In this document: piece after piece, positions 1-8,020 of the stretch
Layout of the letters: every line of letters begins with the position of its first letter
Position numbering within the stretch: position 1 is the stretch's first letter
Source: Ignicoccus islandicus DSM 13165
GTDB taxonomy: Archaea; Thermoproteota; Thermoprotei_A; Sulfolobales; Ignicoccaceae
Length of the DNA stretch: 32,000 nucleotides
Reading direction: 5' to 3'
NCBI RefSeq assembly: GCF_001481685.1
Contig: NZ_CP006867.1
Location: forward strand, 300,001 to 332,000
Notes under the pieces: model-generated
Databases searched by the model: none
The model's input: only the letters and a program-made list of their open reading frames with translations
Told to the model about the DNA's origin: nothing
Position numbers and translations under genes: made by a program

Positions 1-716
1 TCCTCAACGGTAAAGTTGTCCTAAAAAGGAAAAAGAAGGGACTAATCGAACATTACTTGAGCGACGAAGAACGAGATTGCATCCCTAAAATCTTCGAGAA
101 ACACGCTACTGGAAAAACGCGAAGGAAATTAATTTCTCATCAGTTTTCCAATAAGTTGCAGAAGTTTAGCAAGAATAGCGAATTTATCTTTGTCAGAGAA
201 AGGCTTTACGCTAGGGGCCTCAAGTTCTTTCTCGAAGTTAATGAATTCAACGAGCAGTGTCTCTATGATACGCTAATACCTTTGGGGGGTGACGGGGGTC
301 TTGCGAAAGTAGAAATCGTAACCGGAAATCCAATAGAAGAAAACCTCAGGAAATTATGGGGCAACGAGTGCTGGGAAACATGTAAGGGGAAGCGATCGGT
401 AGTAGTAGTGATCTCTCCCTTAATACTAGAATCTAGTTCTAACTCTAAATGTGATTATAAGGATTACAAATGCCACTTCCAAGAGATCCTTGAAGTCGAG
501 GAAATAGCACCTCTCTACGATAGATATTCTGTTAAGGCATATCCTCTAGGCTGGGACTTAAGGAAGGACCGTCCACGACCATTCGTTCCCACAGTAACTC
601 CTGGATCCGCTGTAGTTGGAACGCTGAAGAAATCGCCAAGAGACGTCTATTGGGAAGGCGTAGGTCTCTTTAAAGATATCGGTTTTGGAACAGTAATCCC
701 ATTACCTTTTGACTAA
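1..716 (+). CDS. Cmr3-like CRISPR type III-B RAMP (Cas5 group) protein, C-terminal part, truncated by left window edge
   Basis: Frame is open from window position 3 through the listed start at 57 (TTG). The translation contains 'RERLYARG...LIPLGGDGGLAKVEI' (resembles the Cmr3 GGExR/GG-A-V block) and the C-terminal 'PTVTPGSAVVGTLKK..VYWEGVGLFKDIGFGTVIPLPF' (resembles the RAMP 'AGSVxxxx...GxGxxxGFGxv' ending). Confidence 0.5.
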   Translation, partial: LNGKVVLKRKKKGLIEHYLSDEERDCIPKIFEKHATGKTRRKLISHQFSNKLQKFSKNSEFIFVRERLYARGLKFFLEVNEFNEQCLYDTLIPLGGDGGLAKVEIVTGNPIEENLRKLWGNECWETCKGKRSVVVVISPLILESSSNSKCDYKDYKCHFQEILEVEEIAPLYDRYSVKAYPLGWDLRKDRPRPFVPTVTPGSAVVGTLKKSPRDVYWEGVGLFKDIGFGTVIPLPFD

Positions 717-749
717 TTGCTCCCCTCCCACTTCTGGGAGGATCATCGC
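717..749 (+). repeat. Left copy of a 33-bp inverted repeat, TTGCTCCCCTCCCACTTCTGGGAGGATCATCGC
   Basis: Matches the reverse complement of 2427-2459 at 31/33 positions. Contains an internal CCTCCCA-cttc-TGGGAGG hairpin. Confidence 0.9.
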
Positions 750-1221
750 ATTCTCTCCACTCAACGCTCTACTATACCATTCCTCCTCGCGTCATTTCTT
801 TCTAACCCCGTATTGAGGGTAGTTACGTCGGAGCCTAAGTTACTTCTAACTCAGTAACATCTGCAAATTACTTTATTCGTATTAATACCATTAAATTAGT
901 CTTGAAAAACCAACTTACAGAAGCTATATTTAGCGAGCCCTAAACATAGGTATTACAATAGCTAGGTGTTACCAGGAAATTAGGTTCAAAGGATCTAGAT
1001 AATTTAGACAGCTAATCGAGCCTAAATCAAGGTTCGTAATATTAAAATAAGGCCTAATTCGGCACAACCTTCATGACGTGGAAGGGAACGCTTCAAACGA
1101 GTTCGAACTGATTAAGTGAATTGAATTTACTTCCGTACAGGGAGGTAATAAGGGCCTCCAAGGAGATGCAAATGTGATGGTGTACCGGGATAACACCGTT
1201 GATGGTAGAGTTAACGCCCAC

Positions 1222-1246
1222 TTAACTTTCCAGCTTGGAAAGTTAA
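1222..1246. repeat. Perfect palindromic hairpin TTAACTTTCCA-GCT-TGGAAAGTTAA (11-bp stem, 3-nt loop)
   Basis: Read directly from the sequence; lies in a non-coding region. Confidence 0.9.
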
Positions 1247-1456
1247 CCTCCGGGATGGTTTGCTAGCGGTAATACGAGGAGATGTAAATGCCGATTGAAT
1301 CCGGGGGACCGGAACGGGTTTAGGATCTGTAAGGAACTGAGGTCTTGATCGATAGCTAGGCACATATTTATTATGAATTTCGGTGCTATAGTAGCTTGGG
1401 GTATAGCGCCCAGGTGGCTGCCAAACCTCGCGCCTGGGCGGCTGCCAAAGCGTATC

Positions 1457-2314
1457 TCAACACGCCCTTCCAATTACCTCACATAGCTCTCCAACAAAGT
1501 TGCTCGTTAAATCGAAGCCCCTTGCGAAAGCTAGCTTCTCCTTAAGGCGCTCATTGCGATGCAATAGGGCGTTCCTATAGCTCCCAGCTAACACGTCTAC
1601 AATAGCGAACGGTAGAGCGTGATGCGACTTCACTTCCATCGCATCTACAACTTTATAACATTGGAAGCGTCTCTTAGGTAGTTCCCTATCGCTTATGCCT
1701 CTCCAAGAGAAGAACTTTTCATCAAACAAGACGAGCGCGTCTTCGATCAACGAGTTACAAAGCTCCGTCTTAACGTTATTAAACACGTAAGGCTTCATGG
1801 TCTTCGATAAGGCCTCTCTTAACGGCTCGGAGAATTCGCCTAAACCCTTCAAGAACTTAGCTATCTCTGCTTTGTTAACGTAATGAATTAAGGCTCTCAT
1901 GGAACTACACGTACGAAGTGAAGTAACTACGTCGAAGAACTTCCCGAGGGCTTCATCTATTGCTTCGTTCACTTCCTTCGTTTCGGTACCCTTAAAGCAC
2001 TTAACGAGTTCGCCCGTTAAGGAGTTATACTTCAATTCAATGCCTCCTTCAATCATCTTCTTAATGATGTCTTCGCACCCTACTACTGAAGCCATCTCCT
2101 CGAAAGCCCTTACTAACTCTCGTGAAAGCTCTGAATAGCACTTGGGTGAGAGTATTAATGTTGCTATTAGGAAGTACTTGGTTTTCTTACCACCTTTCTT
2201 TAAATTAACGTTCGTATCTCCGCTCTCATCTAGCAGAACTACCTCCAACTTTTCGATCCCGATGGTCCTCGGAACGCTTAGGTATTTCTCTAGGATTACT
2301 TCCGTTTCACACAC
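1457..2314 (-). CDS. DUF3800-like protein (285 aa)
   Basis: N-terminal 'VVLLDESGDTN..…KYFLIATLIL' matches the DUF3800 'DESGd' signature followed by a hydrophobic strand. Downstream 'VVDAMEVKSHHALPFAIVDVLAGSYRNALLH' resembles the family's C-terminal 'D..aG...' region. Confidence 0.75.
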   Translation of the reverse strand: MCETEVILEKYLSVPRTIGIEKLEVVLLDESGDTNVNLKKGGKKTKYFLIATLILSPKCYSELSRELVRAFEEMASVVGCEDIIKKMIEGGIELKYNSLTGELVKCFKGTETKEVNEAIDEALGKFFDVVTSLRTCSSMRALIHYVNKAEIAKFLKGLGEFSEPLREALSKTMKPYVFNNVKTELCNSLIEDALVLFDEKFFSWRGISDRELPKRRFQCYKVVDAMEVKSHHALPFAIVDVLAGSYRNALLHRNERLKEKLAFARGFDLTSNFVGELCEVIGRAC

Positions 2315-2426
2315 TAACTACCTCGTTTCCTATCACTTAGCCGTTTGTGATCTAAGGAATTGACGGGTGTTGTAAAGTGAAGGTTATACGGAAGGTGTAG
2401 TGAGGCATCGCTAGGAGGGTTTCATA

Positions 2427-2459
2427 GCGATGATCCTCCCAAAAGCGGGAGGGGAGCAA
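2427..2459 (-). repeat. Right copy of the 33-bp inverted repeat, GCGATGATCCTCCCAAAAGCGGGAGGGGAGCAA
   Basis: Reverse complement differs from 717-749 at 2 positions. Confidence 0.9.
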
Positions 2460-2683
2460 GGACGTTAGTACAAGCTGTGACGAAAGTACTATTAATAGAG
2501 GGTATCGACGAATCGAGGTATATAGAAAGCGTTCAGTATGATCCGATAGGTTCTGGAACTCTGCGCCAGTCGGAGGGTTCTCTGCAAAGCTACCTCAAGT
2601 AATTCACTTTAGATTATAACGCAAAAGTCTTCAGAAGCTCAGAAGGTAAGAATAACCATAGCTATCGAGCAAGACAACCTAAG

Positions 2684-2728
2684 AAGTGAGATCAATTCAC
2701 TTGAAAAATGTGAACTTAGCTCTCACTT
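2684..2728. repeat. Imperfect hairpin AAGTGAGA..TTCAC-ttgaaaaat-GTGAA..TCTCACTT
   Basis: Two consecutive complementary arms (8 bp and 5 bp) in an intergenic region. Confidence 0.6.
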
Positions 2729-2914
2729 CTCAGGCAAAGTTCGAGATGGCGAGGTTAGAAGAGAACGAAATTCCGATTAGTCTACCTCAATTCCTCGAAT
2801 CATTTTATACAAAGGAATCGATTACGCGTTAATAAGTAGAGTTCAATTAACACCATTGAATATTAAACTTGGAAAGCGCTAATCTACCATTGAACCGGGG
2901 GTATGTAATAGGAA

Positions 2915-3310
2915 ATGCTGTTACCTATTGTTGGTAAAGTTCAGATCAGTAAAGATGAGATAAAGGCTCTAGCCTCCTCAGAAGGTTACGTAGGCGCGAT
3001 AAGCGAAAAGGTCGCATCTATACTTTCACCTCAACTGAGGGTATTCAAAGTAATAAGGAGTAAGGTAGCTTTCACCGACGTGGCAAGCTACGGATACTTC
3101 GTATTTTTAGATGAAGATGGAAGAGTATATCTATCTTCTCCGGATGGAACGGTCTCGAAGAGCTTCATTATAGACGAACAGTTCGCATTAAAGGTCCATA
3201 TAGGGCCTTATGGAATAGTAGCGTGCAAGAACGAATGTGGAAGTTTCAGCTTGGCTGGAAACTTGAATTGGAGGACGAAGGTTTGGATTCGCAAGCGACG
3301 TGACTGGTGA
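2915..3310 (+). CDS. Beta-propeller/WD40-like protein, N-terminal part (likely one gene with 3300-3725)
   Basis: 'SSEGYVGAISEKVASILSPQLRVFKVIRSKVAFTDVASYGYFVFLDEDGRVYLSSPDGT' is propeller-like. The reading frame breaks near 3282-3310. Confidence 0.5.
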   Translation: MLLPIVGKVQISKDEIKALASSEGYVGAISEKVASILSPQLRVFKVIRSKVAFTDVASYGYFVFLDEDGRVYLSSPDGTVSKSFIIDEQFALKVHIGPYGIVACKNECGSFSLAGNLNWRTKVWIRKRRDW

Positions 3311-3725
3311 TGAGGAGAAAGTATTCGTAGGAGACTGGGTCAACGAACGAATAGTAATATTGGATCCTATGACAGGCGAGGTATTGAATTCGGTTAGGGT
3401 TGATGGGAAACCGTTGTATATGGACGTATGTATGAAGCTACTAGGTGTAGGAACGAGCAAGGGACTTTGGATATACGAGGTAGATGGGAACGAACTGAAA
3501 GAGGTTAGGGCTTGCAGGGGTTACGGTTACATAGTAGCGTTCTCTAAAAGCTGTAATTTCTTGGCCACGTCCTTCCAAGGGGGAAGAGGCCTGAGAATAT
3601 GTGATAGGGAAGGTAGGACATTGGAGGAACTAGATATACTTAACGTGAGATCGATAACTTGGCTGGACGGCGAGCTGGTAGTAGGCAACTCGTGGGGAGA
3701 ATTAACGTTCTTCCGTTTCCCCTAA
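3300..3725 (+). CDS. Beta-propeller/WD40-like protein, C-terminal part (frame-shifted continuation)
   Basis: 'KVFVGDWVNERIVILDPMTGEVLNSVRVDGKPLYM' is a typical propeller blade. The frame is open upstream of the nominal GTG to 3267 (…GFASDVTGDEEKVFVGDW). Confidence 0.55.
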   Translation: MTGDEEKVFVGDWVNERIVILDPMTGEVLNSVRVDGKPLYMDVCMKLLGVGTSKGLWIYEVDGNELKEVRACRGYGYIVAFSKSCNFLATSFQGGRGLRICDREGRTLEELDILNVRSITWLDGELVVGNSWGELTFFRFP

Positions 3726-3770
3726 CCGGTAAACTTATTAACTTCTTCATTCCGAAGCACCTTCGGAAGA

Positions 3771-3849
3771 GCGGCGGTCGTCTAGCCTGGACTAGGACGC
3801 CGGCCTGCCACGCCGGAGATCCCGGGTTCAAATCCCGGCCGCCGCACCA
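3771..3849 (+). tRNA. tRNA-Gly(GCC), CCA encoded
   Basis: Acceptor GCGGCGG/CCGCCGC, D-arm GUCU..GGAC, anticodon arm CCGGC-CUGCCAC-GCCGG, T-arm CCGGG-UUCAAAU-CCCGG, A73 then CCA at 3847-3849. AT-rich TATA-like stretch (aaacttatta) ~40 nt upstream. Confidence 0.95.
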
Positions 3850-4345
3850 CCCAAACTCTTCTCAAAAGTGGTTACCCTATCCAATCGTATCCTCACACAG
3901 AGAGTTCGATGGAAACGTAGGAAGGCTTGTATCAAAACCTCATCTCTTAGTACTTAGGGGTCCGATATGCGGTCACGATTCTAATTTTATCCTTAACAGC
4001 AATTATTACAACGAGCGAGTATTTCTTAAGACCCCTACAAATAACCTAGTACTTCTGGCTGTCTTGAAGTATTACTTCCTTGTTTCTATAAGATGGATCC
4101 AGACACTGCTCTATATCCCTCCTAGATATCCCCCCTCTGTTTCATTCCCTCAAGGACGTGTTTACTATATTCTATCTTCAATATCAAAACCTATTCGTTC
4201 GTTCATTGTATCAGCTGAATCGCTTTTGTCCTCGCATCGTGTTACTTTGTAACATACATTACTACATATCCAATAACTGTCGACTAATATAATGAAGATT
4301 GACAAAAAGCTAGAGCTGGCTAGTGGGGGATGATACCTAGTAAAG

Positions 4346-4533
4346 GTGAAAGTCGATAAAGACGTCGATGCGGAATATATACCTTGATAAGGGACGAGTT
4401 AGGGAGATCATCGAAATACGTAATAGTAGATCTTGACCAGAAAGGTAATATTATAGGGATTGAAATATTGGACTACTCGAAGAACCGAGATCTGATCGAA
4501 AAGATATTTGAAATCGCGAACTCGATCCGCTGA
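4346..4533 (+). pseudogene. Decayed DUF2283-like gene (two frameshifts)
   Basis: Joining the frames gives 'VKVDKDVDAEYI-LDKGRVREIIEI-VIVDLDQKGNIIGIEILDYSKNRDLIEKIFEIANSIR'. This matches the DUF2283 pattern (D..aD..Yi.l ... viiD.D..GnivGIEil). Confidence 0.7.
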
Positions 4534-4598
4534 AGGCTAAGGAGTGGTTGAACCGATTTTCAATAACTCGCGAAAGCACTGAAATTGAAGGGAGCGCG

Positions 4599-6407
4599 TT
4601 ACTTGATGGTCCGGAGCTCCCCATTGATACCCCTTATCTTCGCCTCCAACATTGCGGCTATCACGTAGCTCTCTTCGGGGCAATCGCTCTGTAGTTCACT
4701 TAAATCAACGCTACACTCCTCGAACACTACCGCGTTCCTCCTAGGATCTAAGTAGACCCTTTCGCTAACTAAGATCCCCTTAGCTTTCTCCAAGTCTTCG
4801 CGGGTCACAGGCCTCTTGAGTACCGAAGCCACCGTTTCCAAATCCAGTTTCCTTAGTGCCTCTTCTATCTCCATTAACCTCTCCTTCGTTAATATCGCTT
4901 TAGACCACTCGAGGGCTAAGTCTAAATCACCTCCTCCGTACTCCAGCTTCCTCTCCCTTATCCTGACGAGAGCGGGCTTGGGTACTACTGGTCCAACTAT
5001 CATTGCCATACCGGGCTTCAACGAAGGTAAATCGCTAGCTAAAGCCGCTCCAAGCTCTTCCGAGGATTCAATTACCACTTGCTGATCCTTCGGATTAACT
5101 ATTCTCAATATTATCTGAGATTGGCATTGGCTCAAGACCGTTTGATCTACTCTGCTAGGTCTTTGGGTAATGACTGTCAAGAACACTCCGAACTTCCTTC
5201 CTTCTGAGGCTATTCTCTTTATCATTGATGTGGTCCAAGGACTTCCTTCGGATGGGGGCGGGGCGAACCTATGCGCTTCTTCCACAATCACTTCTATGGG
5301 GTAGGGGTATTTCTCCCCTTTCAATCTCCTGAGGTGTCTGACTCTCGCATTGAAAATCCTCTTTAAGATATTGTAAACTAAGTGTACTTGGACCTCTTCC
5401 CTTATTCCGCTTAAATTGAACACGGTTACTGTGGAGGGCCTCAGGAACGCGCCTATAGGTATGGAGGACGTACCGTATATTCCCAATCTATCTAATTCCT
5501 CTACGTACTTTAGGAGACCGTAAATCACTTCTGCGTTCTTCGCTATTGACGCCCAAACCCTCTTGACCAAATTCTCGTGCACATTTATGTTGCGTGAAGA
5601 GAACAACGCTTGCAATTGCTTGTGAGACGATAGGTTAGCGGCCTCTAGGGTTAGGCTTAACAGTTCCTTCAGCTTCTCCAAGTTCATCCATTGAGGATCT
5701 TTAGTTTGGAAGTACATCTCCTTTGCTATTTCTCGGATCGAGCTCAAGAGGGCTCTTAAGCGGGAGGCGTTCTTCGGAATTCCCATCACGAAGGCGAGCT
5801 CATCGGAATCGACGCTCTTAAGGTCAATAGAGTAGGTTACGTCCCCTTCTTGGTCCGAATGAGCCTTCAGTACTAAGCAAGATCCCCCCACTTCCTCAAC
5901 GTTTTCCCTTATCCTAGCGTATTCCCCATGAGGATCTAACACCAATATAGTGGCGCCCTTCTTCAGTAATTCCTCTATTAAGACTATGGTTGTCCACGTC
6001 TTGCCGGAGCCCGTAGCCGCTATTATCGCTAAGTGCCTCGAGAGAGCGTTTAGGTCTAAGTGAATTGGAACTGTAGGCCTCGAGGCGAGGAAGCCAACGT
6101 GGAGCGCCCTATTGGATGGAACGGCGTATAGGGATGCTACGTCGCTATCGCTGGCTCTATAAACCCAAGAGCCGACTCTAGGCGTACCTTCGGAGACGAT
6201 CCTAACTCTAGCCACTGTAACGGTCGTCTTCTCGTTTATTGGTACCTCCGTGGCCACGTTCCACGGTAATTCACTATAGAGCAAGGGCCTCGATCTCACG
6301 CTCTCGACGTATCCCATCACTTTGAAACCGTTCTCATCGATAAAGTAAACGAAGTCGTATTTAGAAGGCTTAACGTCGCTAGATATTACCATTGAATAGC
6401 TGTCCAA
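4599..6407 (-). CDS. HerA-like ATPase/helicase (HAS-barrel + DUF87/FtsK-HerA core)
   Basis: Walker A 'IIAATGSGKTWT', 'ILVLDPHGEY', Walker B 'YPIEVIVEEAHRF', 'ASEGRKFGVFLTVITQRPSRVDQTVLSQCQSQIILRI'. Confidence 0.9.
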   Translation of the reverse strand: MDSYSMVISSDVKPSKYDFVYFIDENGFKVMGYVESVRSRPLLYSELPWNVATEVPINEKTTVTVARVRIVSEGTPRVGSWVYRASDSDVASLYAVPSNRALHVGFLASRPTVPIHLDLNALSRHLAIIAATGSGKTWTTIVLIEELLKKGATILVLDPHGEYARIRENVEEVGGSCLVLKAHSDQEGDVTYSIDLKSVDSDELAFVMGIPKNASRLRALLSSIREIAKEMYFQTKDPQWMNLEKLKELLSLTLEAANLSSHKQLQALFSSRNINVHENLVKRVWASIAKNAEVIYGLLKYVEELDRLGIYGTSSIPIGAFLRPSTVTVFNLSGIREEVQVHLVYNILKRIFNARVRHLRRLKGEKYPYPIEVIVEEAHRFAPPPSEGSPWTTSMIKRIASEGRKFGVFLTVITQRPSRVDQTVLSQCQSQIILRIVNPKDQQVVIESSEELGAALASDLPSLKPGMAMIVGPVVPKPALVRIRERKLEYGGGDLDLALEWSKAILTKERLMEIEEALRKLDLETVASVLKRPVTREDLEKAKGILVSERVYLDPRRNAVVFEECSVDLSELQSDCPEESYVIAAMLEAKIRGINGELRTIK

Positions 6408-6491
6408 TCCATCTACTTCTATTACCCTCCCAATAGGCGAAGTTATTCCATCTCCCTCAAGCTACGCTCGGAAGATCGCTTAAAAGACGAC

Positions 6492-6854
6492 TTACTCTTT
6501 AGAGAGCATCTCGTATAGCTCTCTTAAGCTATCCCTCTTCTTAGGCTTGCCCTCCACTTCCGTCTCCGCGAGGGCTTCCACGACGCTCTTCCTCTTCTCC
6601 GTTACGCACTTCTCCACGTCTTCAGACTTCACGCAATCCCTTACGTTCAATATAACTGCGTAGTACTCAACGTTCTCAGCCCCCGGTATCGAGTCGAACT
6701 GGGATCGACCTAATTTGGCTATTCTCAACGTGTTCCTTAAATGGGCTATTTCCAAGAGTTCTTCGACGTCCTTGAGTAAGTCCTCCTCAAATATAAAGAA
6801 GCCGAAGGACTCGAACGCCTTCCTCATTCTTTCTCTTAACTCCTTCATTTCCAT
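6492..6854 (-). CDS. Conserved hypothetical protein, 120 aa
   Basis: Colinear with flanking minus-strand genes; coherent charged, helical composition. Confidence 0.6.
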   Translation of the reverse strand: MEMKELRERMRKAFESFGFFIFEEDLLKDVEELLEIAHLRNTLRIAKLGRSQFDSIPGAENVEYYAVILNVRDCVKSEDVEKCVTEKRKSVVEALAETEVEGKPKKRDSLRELYEMLSKE

Positions 6855-6868
6855 CCCTAACGCACCTC

Positions 6869-8020
6869 TTAAACGAACAATAGCCTCCTCTTTCCCGATC
6901 TAAGTATCACTTGCCTCCTATAGGCCATTTGCAACAACCATCCGGCCTCCCTCTTTAGAGGGCTAACTTCAACTTCAAGCAACGGTTCCCTCCTTACCTT
7001 CCACCCTAGCAACTTAACGCCAATCATCTCTAGACCCTCTCTTAGGTCTCTCTCGTCTATCGCCGGTAGCAAATCACATAATTCCCTATCGTACTTACAA
7101 CTGTCCCAACACACTTCCCCGTGATGTCTAGCGTTGGCGTCGCACGCAGTGAAGTATACCTTCATATCCCTTTTCGATGCTTCCCTTATCAAGGCGATCT
7201 TCAAGTCTCGCGTGTTAACGTAAACTTGCCTCCTCCCTCTAGGCCTCTCCCTAAGCCTACCTTCCAACTCGACTCCTCTCTTCAATAGCTCCTCGTATAT
7301 CCTCTCCGTTACCCTCAAACCTCCTACTACCACCTCGTTAACCCCGTAGCTCAAGGACGTCTCCAGTAGCTTCCCCATCTCCTTCTCTATTACACCAGGT
7401 AAGAGGGGACGGACGAACAAGGCCACCCTCTTACCTCTCTTTAAGAGCTTTTCCGCAAACTGCAACCTCTGCTCGGGCGATGGAACCTTGGGCTCGAAGT
7501 CCCTCCACCTTTCAATAGTCGTTATCGAAACTAAGACGCTTAGCCTATCTTCGGAGGCCGAAGTTAAGAGGTCGACCTTGCTTTCGGGAACTATCATTTT
7601 ATAGGAAATCTGGGTGTAATTTCCCAAGTACTTGAGCCACTTCAAATATTCGATAGTTTTACTCAATAATAGCGGATGGAATGGTTCCGTTATCGATCCA
7701 ACAGCTAAGTAGGACCCAGTAGGTCCGATACCTACGTTGGGGTTGGAAGCTATTGCTATAGCCAGTTCCCTTCCGCTTAGGGGATAAGGCTCGACCTTAT
7801 CGGTAGGGAACCCCATGTCCTTAATGTAACAATACACGCACCCCAAATCGCAACCTATCCCGGGGTGAACGGTCAGTCCGCAGTCCCTAGGCTCCCTCTT
7901 AGCGTGGTAGTCTTCCTTAGCCCTCTCGCTCGGGCCTAACTCACGTAAGACTTCCCTCTTCCTTTCAATTGCTTTAATCAAGCGCATTTCATTACGTCCT
8001 CCAAACCCATTTCCTTCCAT
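6869..8020 (-). CDS. Radical SAM protein (SplB-like arrangement)
   Basis: 'HPGIGCDLGCVYCYI' cluster motif (CxxxCxxC, aromatic before the last Cys) and 'GSITEPFHPLL'. Confidence 0.85.
   Translation of the reverse strand: MEGNGFGGRNEMRLIKAIERKREVLRELGPSERAKEDYHAKREPRDCGLTVHPGIGCDLGCVYCYIKDMGFPTDKVEPYPLSGRELAIAIASNPNVGIGPTGSYLAVGSITEPFHPLLLSKTIEYLKWLKYLGNYTQISYKMIVPESKVDLLTSASEDRLSVLVSITTIERWRDFEPKVPSPEQRLQFAEKLLKRGKRVALFVRPLLPGVIEKEMGKLLETSLSYGVNEVVVGGLRVTERIYEELLKRGVELEGRLRERPRGRRQVYVNTRDLKIALIREASKRDMKVYFTACDANARHHGEVCWDSCKYDRELCDLLPAIDERDLREGLEMIGVKLLGWKVRREPLLEVEVSPLKREAGWLLQMAYRRQVILRSGKRRLLFV

Larger units (their letters stand above)
717..2459. mobile_element. Putative ~1.74 kb element bounded by 33-bp inverted repeats and carrying a DUF3800-like gene
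   Basis: Inverted repeats at 717-749 and 2427-2459. The single convincing gene inside is the DUF3800-like ORF. No clear target-site duplication seen (…ACTAA | GGACG…). Confidence 0.4.

Noticed and set aside
750-1456. Considered RNase P RNA, SRP RNA or 5S rRNA for the structured region
   Set aside because: Could not find the universally conserved cores (e.g. RNase P GAGGAAAGUCC / ACAGAA, or the SRP helix 8 GGUCAGG…GGAAG…GAGCA). Left as an unknown structured region.
1243-1473. 76-aa minus-strand ORF
   Set aside because: Overlaps the DUF3800 stop region and translates the GCC/CAGG repeats and hairpin; composition looks non-coding.
3659-4252. 197-aa plus-strand ORF (and 3640-3831 on minus) covering the tRNA
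   Set aside because: Both run through a perfect tRNA-Gly gene, use a different frame from the propeller gene end, and have no recognisable domain.
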